Of a DNA stretch of 64,000 nucleotides, positions 17,684 to 28,537 are shown one piece after another; the first letter of the stretch is position 1; each line of letters starts with the position of its first letter. The position numbers were made by a program, and so were the translations under genes. Location of the stretch: the NCBI GenBank assembly GCA_034530615.2, contig JAVRCV020000079.1, forward strand, positions 1 to 64,000. Reading direction: 5' to 3'. The notes beneath the pieces were generated by a model. That model saw only the letters and a program-made list of their open reading frames with translations. It was not told the origin of the DNA and ran no database searches. Origin of the DNA: Aulosira sp. ZfuVER01 (lineage in GTDB: Bacteria > Cyanobacteriota > Cyanobacteriia > Cyanobacteriales > Nostocaceae).

Positions 17684-19807
17684 ATGCCGTCCGAACTACC
17701 AGTAAATATTCTCCTGGTTGATGACCATGCGGAAAACTTGTTGGCTTTAGAAGCCATACTACATAGCCTAGGTCAGAATCTGGTAAGGGCGACATCGGGT
17801 GCCCAAGCGTTAAGATGTTTGCTAAATCAAGACTTTGCGGTAATTTTGCTGGATGTGCAAATGCCAGAAATGGATGGATTTGACACAGCAACCTTAATTC
17901 GGCAACGAGAGAGGTCACGCCATACCCCAATCATTTTTTTGACTGCCTTTAGCACTAACGAGTCAATGGTGTTTAAAGGATATTCTCTGGGAGCAGTAGA
18001 CTATTTATTTAAACCCATCGAGCCAGAAATCTTAAAATCGAAAGTGGCGGCCTTTGTCGATTTGTTCCAAAAAACAGCAGAGGTGGAACGCCAAGCTGCC
18101 CAACTAGCAGAATTGAATGCTAATCTCAGAAAAAGCGAAGAACAATTCCGCTCCTTGTCTGCTAGCTCTCCTGTAGGCATTTTTTTAACTGATATTTCCG
18201 GGAATTGTACGTACACAAATCCCCGCTACCAAAATATTTTGGGCATCTCTGACGAAGAATGTTTGGGAAAAGGCTGGTTGCGATCGCTTGCGCCCCAAGA
18301 TAGAGAAAAAATATTTGCAGAATGGTTAACCTGTGCTGAGGAAGGAAAAGAATACTATAACGAGTTTAGTATCCAGACACCTAGAGGATTGATCAGATGG
18401 TTAACCCTGCGTTCCTCACCAATGCTTTCCGATCGCGGCGAAGTCATTGGTTATGTGGGCACAATAGAAGATATTAGCGATCGCAAGCAAGCAGAAGAAG
18501 AACGTGCCAAATTGATCCGCGAACAAGCAGCACTCAAAGAAGCGGAAGCAGCAAACCGCATGAAAGATGAGTTTTTAGCCACCTTGTCCCACGAACTCCG
18601 CACACCTCTTAATTCCATCCTTGGTTGGTCTAAACTACTGCGCAATCGCAAACTAGATGAGAAAGCTACTACACGTGCTTTAGAAACCATAGAACGCAAT
18701 GCCCTTTTACAAGAGCAGCTAATAGAAGATATTTTAGATGTCTCTCGGATTATTCGTGGCAAGCTATTTTTAAATATCTGCCCTGTCAATTTAGTATCGG
18801 TGATAGATACAGCAGTAGATACTGTACGTCTGCAAGCTGAAGCCAAAGATATTTTATTTGAGTTTGTGATTGCACCCACTGACTTGGGGAATCTGGAGAA
18901 AAAGAAAAAAGCCCAAAGCAAAAGCCAGAATAATGGTTATGTCTCCGTGGCTAATCATTTAGCTTCACCTTTTATGGTTTCTGGCGACCCCGATCGCTTA
19001 CAACAAGTTGTCTGGAATCTCCTAACTAATGCAATCAAGTTCACACCGCAAAACGGTCGGGTAGAAATTAGACTATCAACAATTAAAGGTAAACAAACAA
19101 AAGACAGCTACGCTCAAATTCAGGTGAATGATACAGGGATTGGCATCAAACCAGACTTCTTGCAATATGTTTTCGATCGCTTTCGTCAGGCTGATGGTAG
19201 TACAACCAGAAGTCACACTGGGCTAGGACTGGGACTGGCGATCGCCCGTCACTTAGTAGAACTGCACGGCGGAACTATCCATGCTGAAAGCCCTGGTGAA
19301 GGCAAGGGTGCAACCTTTACTGTCAAATTGCCTCTGTTACAAGCAAAAGCGCAGAAAAGTCAGGAAACCGCAGAAAACACTGAGGAAACTGCTGCTGCAT
19401 CTCTACCACCATTACCTTTAAATCAGGTACGCTTACTAGTTGTCGATGACGATACTGATACACGCCATTTTCTCACTGTAGCCCTACAGCAAGCTGGCGC
19501 TGAAGTTACGGCAGTGGATTCTGTACATGAAGCACTCTTAGCAATTCAACAAGAACTACCAGATATCTTAATTAGCGATATTGGTATGCCAGAAGAAGAT
19601 GGCTATACACTCATCCGCAAAGTTAGACTTCTCGAACCCGAAAAAGGAGGGCGAATTCCCGCGATCGCCTTAACAGCCTATGCTAGAGAAGAAGACACTG
19701 CACAAGCCCTAGAAGCCGGCTTTCACATGTATGCTGCCAAGCCAGTTGAACCCGCTAAATTAATTAATTTAATCGTCAAATTATCAGAACTTAATAGTCA
19801 AGACTAA
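17684..19807 (+). CDS. Hybrid sensor kinase (REC-PAS-HisKA-HATPase-REC)
   Basis: [37 protein letters not shown] and a C-terminal REC. Confidence 0.93.
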   Translation: MPSELPVNILLVDDHAENLLALEAILHSLGQNLVRATSGAQALRCLLNQDFAVILLDVQMPEMDGFDTATLIRQRERSRHTPIIFLTAFSTNESMVFKGYSLGAVDYLFKPIEPEILKSKVAAFVDLFQKTAEVERQAAQLAELNANLRKSEEQFRSLSASSPVGIFLTDISGNCTYTNPRYQNILGISDEECLGKGWLRSLAPQDREKIFAEWLTCAEEGKEYYNEFSIQTPRGLIRWLTLRSSPMLSDRGEVIGYVGTIEDISDRKQAEEERAKLIREQAALKEAEAANRMKDEFLATLSHELRTPLNSILGWSKLLRNRKLDEKATTRALETIERNALLQEQLIEDILDVSRIIRGKLFLNICPVNLVSVIDTAVDTVRLQAEAKDILFEFVIAPTDLGNLEKKKKAQSKSQNNGYVSVANHLASPFMVSGDPDRLQQVVWNLLTNAIKFTPQNGRVEIRLSTIKGKQTKDSYAQIQVNDTGIGIKPDFLQYVFDRFRQADGSTTRSHTGLGLGLAIARHLVELHGGTIHAESPGEGKGATFTVKLPLLQAKAQKSQETAENTEETAAASLPPLPLNQVRLLVVDDDTDTRHFLTVALQQAGAEVTAVDSVHEALLAIQQELPDILISDIGMPEEDGYTLIRKVRLLEPEKGGRIPAIALTAYAREEDTAQALEAGFHMYAAKPVEPAKLINLIVKLSELNSQD

Positions 19808-19814
19808 AAGGATA

Positions 19815-19935
19815 TGGGGCATTGGGCATTGGGCATGGGGCATTGGGCATCACTCAATTGCCCCTTGTCCCCACACTTCCCACACTCCCCACACTCCCCA
19901 CACTCCCCACACTCCCCACACTCCCCACACTCCCC
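19815..19935. repeat. STRR heptamer (GGGCATT/GGGCATG) and CCCCACACT nonamer tandem repeats between convergent genes
   Basis: ggggcattgggcattgggcatggggcattgggca followed by about 7 copies of ccccacact. Confidence 0.9.
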
Positions 19936-20871
19936 TCAATTTGCCATCAATTGCTGAAGCCGCTGTGGTTCCTCTCCTAGCCAATCGGGATTTTGCGCAG
20001 TGCCATCAAAGATTGATGAGGTTTTGAATGGCTCAAACTCACCGCGTGATGCTGCTTGTGCTGTTTTGGCTAAAAGCGATCGCACTTGTTGCTCGTCCAT
20101 TGGCTGAAATGTCCGTACTGCTTCACAAGCTTGGTCGAGAATCTCCATGCTGTCAATTCCCGTAATCACAACCGATGTCGGCAAATTCAACGCATAGTGT
20201 AAACACTCAATGGGCGTGACAGTATTTGACTTGAGCAGAATACCGTTTGCCATACTTTTCATACCCAAAATGCCGATATTTTGTTTGACAAGTTCTGGTA
20301 CAACCAGCTTGGCAAAGCTACGATAATGTGCATCCATCACATTCAACGGCATTTGCACTGTATCAAACTTAAACCCACAATTAGCTGCAACTTCCAGCAT
20401 ATGTAAGTGAACATGGGGGTCTTTGTGCCCGGTAAAGCCAATGTAGCGCAGCTTACCAGCTGACCGTGCTTCTATTAAAGCAGCATTCGCCCCTTCTGCA
20501 TCAAATACTCGATGAGGATCTTCGTACCTGATGATTTCGTGATGCTGAACGAGATCGATGCAATCAACTTGCAGACGTTGCAGTGATTCGTCTATTTGTT
20601 TTGCAGCTGCTTTTTTGGATCTACCATCGATTTTTGTCATCAGAAAAACTTTGTCTCGGTAGCCATCGCGCAGTGCTTTTCCCATGCGAATCTCACTTTC
20701 TCCACCGTTGTAATCCCAACAGTTATCCATAAAGGTGATGCCGCGATCGATCGCTGTCCGCACAATCCGGATACCCAATTCTTCATCAACGTGCTTTAAA
20801 GCTATGTGCCAACCACCTAGTCCAATCGCGGAAACTCTCTCTTTTGTACTGCCAAGAACTCGGTATTGCAT
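19936..20871 (-). CDS. Aldo/keto reductase
   Basis: VSAIGLGG, DNCWDYNGGESE, TK and IDLVQHH. Confidence 0.9.
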   Translation of the reverse strand: MQYRVLGSTKERVSAIGLGGWHIALKHVDEELGIRIVRTAIDRGITFMDNCWDYNGGESEIRMGKALRDGYRDKVFLMTKIDGRSKKAAAKQIDESLQRLQVDCIDLVQHHEIIRYEDPHRVFDAEGANAALIEARSAGKLRYIGFTGHKDPHVHLHMLEVAANCGFKFDTVQMPLNVMDAHYRSFAKLVVPELVKQNIGILGMKSMANGILLKSNTVTPIECLHYALNLPTSVVITGIDSMEILDQACEAVRTFQPMDEQQVRSLLAKTAQAASRGEFEPFKTSSIFDGTAQNPDWLGEEPQRLQQLMAN

Positions 20872-21156
20872 CTTTTCTCCTTCTATGCCAGCGATGGCTT
20901 AAGTACATATAGCTGTGAGCCAATTCAAACATAGAAGAAAAGTTGACTATCACTTCCTAAAGACACAGTTTGCGAGGCAATTAAGAAAGATAAAAGCAGC
21001 CGAAATAGCGATGGCAATTTGGGGATGTGTCAGGTACAAGTTGAGCAATGTGAAAAAGTCAACCTTAAAGTTTAGGCTGACAACACATGATAAATTGTGT
21101 TTCAAACTCGCCAATGTCTTTTGATCGCGAGTAACGGCTTGGCTTAAAAAGGTTCT

Positions 21157-23424
21157 GTGTCTGCCATGAGTACTAGTTTAAATTGGTTCTTAAGTGTTGC
21201 GATCGCAAGCGTCACTACTTTTTCTGTAAATAGTGCTTTCGCTCAAATTACCCCAGATGGAACGCTACCCAGTAATTCCATAGTTACACCTCAAGGCAAC
21301 ACCAACCTGATTGAAGGCGGAACTCAAGCAGGGGGTAATTTGTTTCATAGCTTTCAAGAATTTTCTGTTGCGACTGGTAGCACTGCCTTCTTTAATAATG
21401 GTGCAGATATTCAAAATATTATTAGTCGGGTGACAGGTAGCTCAGTTTCTAGCATTGATGGGTTAATTAAAGCTAATGGTAACGCTAACTTGTTTTTAAT
21501 TAATCCTCAAGGAATTATTTTTGGTCAAAATGCACGGTTAGATATTGGCGGATCGTTTATTGGCAGTACGGCAAGTAGTTTAAAATTTGCTGATAATTTG
21601 GAATTCAACGCGACTAATCCCCAATCCACAACTTTGTTGACTATCAGCGCACCTATCGGGTTGCAATATGAAACCAATCCCGGGAAAATTCAGGTACAAG
21701 GTGATAGTAAAGGCAGAAGAATCGCAAGTTCTCCTGTTATCGATACCACAAATGCTCTGCGAGTCCAACCCAACCAAACTTTAGCATTGGTTGGTGGCGA
21801 TATCAGTTTAGAAGGAGCATCACTCAAGACTGCTGGCGGACGGATAGAATTGGGCAGTGTGTCAGGTGCAGGTTTTGTTAGCCTGAGTCCGATTAACAAA
21901 GGTTTTTCTTTGGGTTATGACGCTGTACAAAACTTTGGCAACATTCAACTGTTTCAAAAGGCGATCGTTGATGCTAGTGGTAAAGGTAGCGGCGATATCC
22001 AAGTTACAGGTAAGCGGATTACCCTCACTCAAGGTTCCCAAATAGAGTCAAGTACTTTGGGTGCAGAAGCCGGGGGTGAAATGGTTGTAAATGCACTTGA
22101 ATCAATAGATATAGTTGCTAGTAGCGATAGCGGACAAGACACTGGCTTTTTTGTCATCGCTTACCCAGGCGCAACTGGGAAAGGGGGAAATTTAACGATT
22201 AATACTCGCGATTTATTCGTTCGCAATGGCGCACTGATCAGTTCTGGCACATCAGGCCCGGGTAAAGGTGGAGATTTACTTGTCAATGCTAGTAACTCTG
22301 TGCAACTTGTTGGCAGCTTACCCAATTTTCGTTTCTATGGCTTGTTTGCTTCTAGCGCCCAAGGTGCAACAGGTGCAGCCGGAGACGTAACAATTAACAC
22401 TAATAATTTGCTGGTAAAAGATGGGGCAAGAATTAGCGCCAGTACCTTTGGTGTGGGAAAGGGGGGAAATGTGACTGTAAATGCTAATTCTGTGGAAGTT
22501 ATGGGTACTACCTTTGATGGTCAATCTAGTAGTGGTTTATTTACACGGTCTTTGCCAAACGTCACAGGCGATGCGGGAGACTTAACAATTAACACTAATA
22601 AGTTGCTGGTGCGAGATCGAGGTATAGTGACGGTGCGCAGTGAAGGCAAAGGCAAAGCAGGCAACCTCAATATTAATGCTAGCTCTGTGCGTTTGGATAA
22701 CAAAGCTACCTTGAGCGCTGATACCCAAAGTATCAGTACCGATCCAAATAAAGAACAGGCAACTATTACTCTAACTTCTCACGATTTGATATTACTTCGG
22801 GACAGCAGAATCACCACTAACGCTTTTGGCCCCGATGTCGTCGGCGGTAACATCAAAATTGACACAGATGTGTTAGCGGCATTTGCTAATAGCGATATTA
22901 GTGCTAATTCCGCAAACTTTCGGGGAGGTCGAGTTGAAATCAATACTCAAGGGATCTTTGGCACACAGTTACAAAATGTGGCATCTGAGCAAACAAGTGA
23001 TATCACAGCCACAGGGGTAAATTCTCAACTGAATGGGACAGTGCAAATCAACGGTATCAACGTTGACCCAAAGCGGGGATTAGTAGAATTGCCCAGCAAT
23101 GTAGTTGATGCTGCCAAACAAATTGATGCAAGCTGCTCCCCTGGTAGCAGACAAAGCCTCAGTTCTTTTGCCATTACCGGACGCGGCGGTTTACCACCAA
23201 ATCCTTATGAAATGTTAACTTCTGAGGGGATGTTAGTAGATGTAATTACTCTCAATCGCGATCGCGCTCATCTACCTGTGAGTGTTAAATCAACTACAGT
23301 GACACCAGAACGCATTGTAGAAGTTACTGGTTGGAAGCTCAACAAACAAGGTGAGGTACAACTGACAGCTAATGCTACACCTCATAGTTCTTGGCAAAGT
23401 CCTGTATCTTGCCATGCTTCGTAA
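21157..23424 (+). CDS. Filamentous haemagglutinin N-terminal (TPS) domain protein
   Basis: Signal peptide AFAQITPD, NLFHSFQEFSV, NIISRVTG, INPQGI, beta-helix repeats, and C-terminal FAITGRGGLP. Confidence 0.92.
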   Translation: MSAMSTSLNWFLSVAIASVTTFSVNSAFAQITPDGTLPSNSIVTPQGNTNLIEGGTQAGGNLFHSFQEFSVATGSTAFFNNGADIQNIISRVTGSSVSSIDGLIKANGNANLFLINPQGIIFGQNARLDIGGSFIGSTASSLKFADNLEFNATNPQSTTLLTISAPIGLQYETNPGKIQVQGDSKGRRIASSPVIDTTNALRVQPNQTLALVGGDISLEGASLKTAGGRIELGSVSGAGFVSLSPINKGFSLGYDAVQNFGNIQLFQKAIVDASGKGSGDIQVTGKRITLTQGSQIESSTLGAEAGGEMVVNALESIDIVASSDSGQDTGFFVIAYPGATGKGGNLTINTRDLFVRNGALISSGTSGPGKGGDLLVNASNSVQLVGSLPNFRFYGLFASSAQGATGAAGDVTINTNNLLVKDGARISASTFGVGKGGNVTVNANSVEVMGTTFDGQSSSGLFTRSLPNVTGDAGDLTINTNKLLVRDRGIVTVRSEGKGKAGNLNINASSVRLDNKATLSADTQSISTDPNKEQATITLTSHDLILLRDSRITTNAFGPDVVGGNIKIDTDVLAAFANSDISANSANFRGGRVEINTQGIFGTQLQNVASEQTSDITATGVNSQLNGTVQINGINVDPKRGLVELPSNVVDAAKQIDASCSPGSRQSLSSFAITGRGGLPPNPYEMLTSEGMLVDVITLNRDRAHLPVSVKSTTVTPERIVEVTGWKLNKQGEVQLTANATPHSSWQSPVSCHAS

Positions 23425-23510
23425 TTTAGCGAGGTCAAAGTGTTGATGTATTGGCATTGCAGTCAATATTTAACTTAATACAGTTTAGTTAAGCTGGGTT
23501 GCATTATATG

Positions 23511-23574
23511 GTAGGGGCACGGCACCCAAAATATTTTTCACAACTAGACAATCTTACTAGCGCCGTGCCCCTAC
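23511..23574. repeat. GTAG-type REP doublet (GTAGGGGCACGGC...GCCGTGCCCCTAC)
   Basis: 13-bp perfect inverted repeat with a GTAG head; related element at 57841-57902. Confidence 0.8.
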
Positions 23575-23601
23575 AAAGAATTTACTTGGAAGTGCCGTAA
23601 C

Positions 23602-23675
23602 GCAATGGCATAACAGACCGATGCAATAGTATAACAAGTCGATGTAATGGCATAACAAGTCGATGCAATGGCATA
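23602..23675. repeat. Short 21-bp tandem array (GATGCAATGGCATAACAAGTC), ~3.5 units
   Basis: Same unit as the array at 35905-36088. Confidence 0.85.
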
Positions 23676-23897
23676 AATGCTCTTTTTGATCAGGACTAAC
23701 AACGCGCTTCAAAATCTAAGCCGAGAAACAAGAAGTACGCTCGGCCTAATAGAACTAGGTTCTTTGCTAAAGCAGTGAATATAAGGATTAAAATTTCTAA
23801 CATTTCAAAACTGAAGTATCACTAATAGGCATACGATGACAAAATCATCCAGTTTTTTGATACGAGGCTGTACCGCAAAATAGCAGAGGTTAGAACA

Positions 23898-24275
23898 ATG
23901 GATGAGCGTCATCGTTACTTACAAATCGCTCTGATTATTGCTGGAATTGCCTTTCTACTTGTTTATCCGCTGACGAAGATTTGGCCATCAGGCTGGTTAT
24001 GGCAACCCGGTCAGTACGAATATGAACAAATGATCGTTGGTGTTTATGCAACGCTTGGTGTGTTTTTGCTGTTGGCTTCTCGAAAACCAGAAACTCACCT
24101 TAGTTTAATTTGGTTTACTGTTTGGTCAAGTTTAGTCCACGGGCTAATTATGGCGGTACACGCAGTAATTGATCCTGTTGAGCGTGGACACCTCTTTGGT
24201 GATGTTCCAGCATTGTTATTGGTAGCAATTGTCCTTGCCTTACTAACACCGCGAAAAGCGGAACCCGCAGGGTAG
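23898..24275 (+). CDS. Small multi-TM membrane protein (DUF6632-like)
   Basis: Four hydrophobic helices, WPSGWLW, EQMIVGVYATLG and WSSLVHG; RBS gaggt upstream. Confidence 0.7.
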   Translation: MDERHRYLQIALIIAGIAFLLVYPLTKIWPSGWLWQPGQYEYEQMIVGVYATLGVFLLLASRKPETHLSLIWFTVWSSLVHGLIMAVHAVIDPVERGHLFGDVPALLLVAIVLALLTPRKAEPAG

Positions 24276-24296
24276 CAAGTGGCGTCATGCCCAATG

Positions 24297-24341
24297 ACGG
24301 CACTTGCTACAACGGGGGAAACCCCCGCAAAGCACTGCCTC
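24297..24341 (-). repeat. 45-nt small dispersed repeat inserted in STRR
   Basis: acggcacttgctacaacgggggaaacccccgcaaagcactgcctc flanked by atgcccaatg|cccaatgccc. Confidence 0.75.
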
Positions 24342-24488
24342 CCCAATGCCCTAAACGACGGGGCGACTATCCCTCTCCACCCACGAGAGAATGGAGTTTC
24401 CCGTCGCTTTCAATGAAAGTTACTCACAAGCGCACCCTAAGCAGTACAATGTCCGGTTGTTGGATTCACAATGGCATGACCTGCGCAA

Positions 24489-27035
24489 ATGAGAAGATCC
24501 AGGAAAGTTTGGTTGCACAAGGCACTGAAAAATCTTGTCATTGTCATACTAGTGTTGGGTCTATCACTAGTGGGATTTGCCACCCATACTGTACGTCAAT
24601 CTTTTCCTAGAGAAAATGGAGCGATCGCTCTTTCTGGAGTCAAGGCTGAGGTAACTGTCCAGCGAGATCAATGGGGAGTTCCCCACATTTACGCCGCCAA
24701 CTCTCACGATCTCTTCATGGCGCAAGGCTATATCCACGCCCAAGATCGCTTTTGGCAAATGGATTTTTGGCGACACATTGGTTCTGGGCGACTTGCAGAA
24801 ATGTTTGGTGATTCCCAACTAGCAACTGACAAGTATTTGCGGACAATGGGTTGGGCTAGGGTAGCGCAGCAAGAAATTGCACAAATGAATGCAGAGATGA
24901 AGGCATATCTAGAAGCATACTCTGAAGGGGTAAATGCTTATCTAGCCGAGCATCAAGGTAGTGCCCTGAGTCTAGAATATGCTGTATTAAAATTGCTGAA
25001 TCCTGAGTATAAACCAGAACCTTGGCAAATGCTGCACTCCCTAACTTGGGGTAAAGTGATGGCTTACGATTTGGGCAGAAACTTTGAGCGCGAAATTGAA
25101 CGTACCATTCTGCTCCAAACTCTAAACCTGGCTCAGGTGGAGCAACTTTTCCCACCATATCCCCAAGACTTACCAGTGATTTTACCAGACCAGCAAAAAA
25201 GGAAAACAGGAGAACAGAACAATTTTGATGAGACACAATTAATTGCCTCTAGGATTCAGGAAGAAACAGCAGCAATTACCCCAGCTTTGGAATCAATCGC
25301 CAAACCAATGCTGGCTTTAGAGGAATTAATCGGTTCTAGGGGTATCGGTATTGGCTCAAATAACTGGGTCATCTCTGGGAACCGCACAACTACAGGTAAG
25401 CCGATACTAGCAAACGATCCGCACCTGGCAGCACAAATGCCTTCTATTTGGTATGAGGTTGGCTTGCACTGTACGCCCAAGAGTGAGGAATGTCCTTATA
25501 ACGTGACGGGCTTTTCTTTTGCAGGGATGTTAGGAGTAATTATCGGTCATAGCGATCGCATTGCTTGGGGTGTGACCAATGTTGAACCAGATGTTATGGA
25601 TTTATACATTGAGAAAATCAACCCCAATAACCCCAACCAGTACGAGGTGAACGGGAAATGGGTAGATATGCAACTCGTGCAAGAGACGATTCAAGTTGCG
25701 GGGAGTCAACCAATTGTCCAAACAGTGCGCTACACCAGACACGGCCCCATTCTCTCTGATGTCTCACCTAAGCTACAGCAGTTACCAGTAAATCGCGGGG
25801 TAGAAATTCCGGCAAAATACGCTGTGGCCTTGCGCTGGACAGCTTTAGAACCTGCAACCTTAGGATATGCTATTCCCTTACTCAATCGTGCCCAAAACTG
25901 GCAAGAGTTCCGCACCGCAGCGAAAAACTTTGATGTCCCTGCCCAAAATCTAGTCTACGCTGACATTGATGGCAACATTGGCTACCAAATGCCTGGGAGA
26001 TTACCGATCAGGTCCAAGGGGAATGGGCGCTATCCTGTTCCTGGTTGGACTGATGACTATGAGTGGCTAGGCTACATTGACTTTGAGCAATTACCTAAAA
26101 GTTTTAATCCACCCCAAGGTTACATTGCTACCGCCAACAATTTAGTACAAAATCAATATCCTTATTTAATTACCACAGACTGGGTTTATGGCTACCGCGC
26201 ACAGCGCATTGTCGAGATGATTTCACAGTCAAATCAACCTCTATCTCTGCTGGATGTGGAGTCGATACAGGGAGATAACCGGAATTTGAATGCTCAAACC
26301 CTGTCACCACTACTTGAAACTATCTCTCTAAATACCCCACGTCTGCAAGCAGCCAGAAAATTACTCCTAAATTGGAATTTGCAGCTAGAAATCCCCTCAT
26401 CTGCGGCGGCTCTATTTGAAGTATTCTGGAAACATTTGCTAGCAGATACCTTCCACGATCAGTTACCGAGTGAGTACTTTCCCGATGGAGGCGATCGCTG
26501 GTATGAAGTAGTAAAAAATCTTGCCAAACAGCCAAATAGTAGCTGGTGGGATAATCTCAAAACCCCTAAAGTTGAGAACCGCGACCAAATCCTGCAACAG
26601 GCTTTTACAGAAGCCGTGGATGAACTCGAACGAATTCAAGGCAAAAATCCAAAATCGTGGAACTGGGGTAAGTTACATACCATTACATTTCGCAATGCTA
26701 CCTTAGGTAAATCAGGAGTGGCAGCAATTGAAGCTTTATTTAATCGTGGTGCTTTTGCTACTGCTGGCAATGGGGAAACCGTGAACGCTAATCGCTGGAA
26801 AGCAAACAAATCCTTCGAGGTTAGTGATATTCCTTCCCTACGAATGATTGTAGATTTAAAAAATCTTGATAATTCGGTAGCAATTCATACGCCTGGACAG
26901 TCAGGCCACGCCTTCCATACTCACTACACAGATATGGTTGATTCTTGGCGCCAAATTGAATATCATCCCATGCTTTGGGAAAAGTCGACTGTCAATACTA
27001 ACACTGCTGCTTCACTAAAATTAATTCCCCAATGA
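24489..27035 (+). CDS. Penicillin acylase family Ntn hydrolase (AHL acylase AiiC-like)
   Basis: N-terminal TM, RDQWGVPHIYA, HAQDRFWQMD, GSNNW nucleophile, ANDPHL and PGQSG; 848 aa. Confidence 0.92.
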   Translation: MRRSRKVWLHKALKNLVIVILVLGLSLVGFATHTVRQSFPRENGAIALSGVKAEVTVQRDQWGVPHIYAANSHDLFMAQGYIHAQDRFWQMDFWRHIGSGRLAEMFGDSQLATDKYLRTMGWARVAQQEIAQMNAEMKAYLEAYSEGVNAYLAEHQGSALSLEYAVLKLLNPEYKPEPWQMLHSLTWGKVMAYDLGRNFEREIERTILLQTLNLAQVEQLFPPYPQDLPVILPDQQKRKTGEQNNFDETQLIASRIQEETAAITPALESIAKPMLALEELIGSRGIGIGSNNWVISGNRTTTGKPILANDPHLAAQMPSIWYEVGLHCTPKSEECPYNVTGFSFAGMLGVIIGHSDRIAWGVTNVEPDVMDLYIEKINPNNPNQYEVNGKWVDMQLVQETIQVAGSQPIVQTVRYTRHGPILSDVSPKLQQLPVNRGVEIPAKYAVALRWTALEPATLGYAIPLLNRAQNWQEFRTAAKNFDVPAQNLVYADIDGNIGYQMPGRLPIRSKGNGRYPVPGWTDDYEWLGYIDFEQLPKSFNPPQGYIATANNLVQNQYPYLITTDWVYGYRAQRIVEMISQSNQPLSLLDVESIQGDNRNLNAQTLSPLLETISLNTPRLQAARKLLLNWNLQLEIPSSAAALFEVFWKHLLADTFHDQLPSEYFPDGGDRWYEVVKNLAKQPNSSWWDNLKTPKVENRDQILQQAFTEAVDELERIQGKNPKSWNWGKLHTITFRNATLGKSGVAAIEALFNRGAFATAGNGETVNANRWKANKSFEVSDIPSLRMIVDLKNLDNSVAIHTPGQSGHAFHTHYTDMVDSWRQIEYHPMLWEKSTVNTNTAASLKLIPQ

Positions 27036-27046
27036 GGGAGTTGATG

Positions 27047-27170
27047 CAATACGGTTGGGATAAGCATTTTGAACTAAAAATTGGTTTGGGGAAAAGGTTA
27101 AACATTAAGGGTTAAAGGTTTTTTCTTCACCTTTCTCCCTTCGCCTTTCCCCTTTAACCGAACAGTATTG
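27047..27170. mobile_element. 124-bp MITE (Nezha-like) with IS4-type TIRs and 10-bp TSD GGAGTTGATG
   Basis: Ends caatacggttgggataag / tttaaccgaacagtattg; ggagttgatg at 27037-27046 and 27171-27180. Confidence 0.92.
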
Positions 27171-27223
27171 GGAGTTGATGGATGCTTCAGAAGATCATCG
27201 GCAAGGTTTTTTTATTAGTATAA

Positions 27224-28396
27224 CTACGCACCCAAAGCCTCAAATTGCTGCCAGCAAAGATATAAGGCACGTGGTACATGAAAACAACCTTTCCATTTAC
27301 CGCCTTTGAGGTTCAACAAAACTTCTCCACGCCGATTGAGGTAGCCAAACCACTCACCATACTGGGCATCCGCAAAGTGTGACCAAGCATAATCGTGCAT
27401 TTTTTGATACCATTCCCAACAAGCGTTATTCCCCGTCAGGCGATAGCCCATTGCCAATGCTACTAAAGACTCTAGATGAACCCACCACAACTTTTGATCC
27501 CATTCCAATTGTTGTGGGGGATGTCCCTCTGCATCCACAAAGTAATACAATCCACCATATTCACTATCCCAAGCAAAATTTAAGATATTAATTACCACAT
27601 CCACAGCTTGGTTAATGGTTTTTGTATCGTTGCGGCGATGGGCGATATCCATGATGAACCACATCGCTTCGATACCGTGACCGGGGTTAATTAATCTGCC
27701 TTCAAAACAATCAATATGGGAACCATCGGGTGCAACGTTTTCATACATCAGCCCCCGTTCTTGGTCGAGAAAATCGCTCATCACTTCCTGTACAGTCAAA
27801 TCCAAAACTTTCTCCAAAGTTTCGCTGGGAAGCAACCATGCCATTTCTAGAGTGAGGTTGGCTAAAATCATCGGTACAGCCAACGATTTCATCGGGCGTG
27901 TACCTGGATATGTCTTGGTATATTTGCCTTTTGGATTATCTTTGCGGCGCAAAACATTGTTGTAAGCTTGCATCGCCACATCCCTAGCCCAATCTTCACC
28001 ACAGGCCAAAGCGTATTGACTGAAAGCCATCGCCGCAAAGCAATCAGAAAAGATATTGTAGGGCTGTACTAAAGGCTGACCTTCACGGGTAAGAGCAAAA
28101 TACCAGTTACCATCGGCATCTCTGCCATGTTGGGAGAGGAAATTAGCGCCATTAGTGGCGATTTTCAACCAGTTTTCGCGTTTTTCTAGCTGGTTGTAAA
28201 GCATGGAAAATGTCCATACTTGGCGGTTTTGCAACCAAATAAATTTATCTGTGTCATACACTTTACCTGTGCGATCGAGGCAAGTGAAATAGCCACCTTG
28301 TTCCCAATCAATCGAGTGTTTTTCCCAAAAGGGGAGTACATCGTTAAGCAGCGCATTTTTGTACAGTTCAGCTAGTTCTGGAAAATCGTGCTTCAT
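27224..28396 (-). CDS. N-acylglucosamine 2-epimerase (AGE family)
   Basis: [38 protein letters not shown] and [11 protein letters not shown] at 28396 has an RBS. Confidence 0.93.
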   Translation of the reverse strand: MKHDFPELAELYKNALLNDVLPFWEKHSIDWEQGGYFTCLDRTGKVYDTDKFIWLQNRQVWTFSMLYNQLEKRENWLKIATNGANFLSQHGRDADGNWYFALTREGQPLVQPYNIFSDCFAAMAFSQYALACGEDWARDVAMQAYNNVLRRKDNPKGKYTKTYPGTRPMKSLAVPMILANLTLEMAWLLPSETLEKVLDLTVQEVMSDFLDQERGLMYENVAPDGSHIDCFEGRLINPGHGIEAMWFIMDIAHRRNDTKTINQAVDVVINILNFAWDSEYGGLYYFVDAEGHPPQQLEWDQKLWWVHLESLVALAMGYRLTGNNACWEWYQKMHDYAWSHFADAQYGEWFGYLNRRGEVLLNLKGGKWKGCFHVPRALYLCWQQFEALGA

Positions 28397-28537
28397 TATG
28401 TCCTCCACCTTGGCGCTAAAACAAAAAGCATTGTACCCCACCAGTGTTTTGTAGAAGACAAAACATTGGTAGGGTTTACATATATTCAGTTTGGAGGAAA
28501 AACCTTAATCTCTCCTCCATCTGTATAGGAGACAGCT

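Noticed and set aside
24287..24610. 107-aa ORF
   Set aside because: Made of repeat elements and overlaps the acylase in another frame
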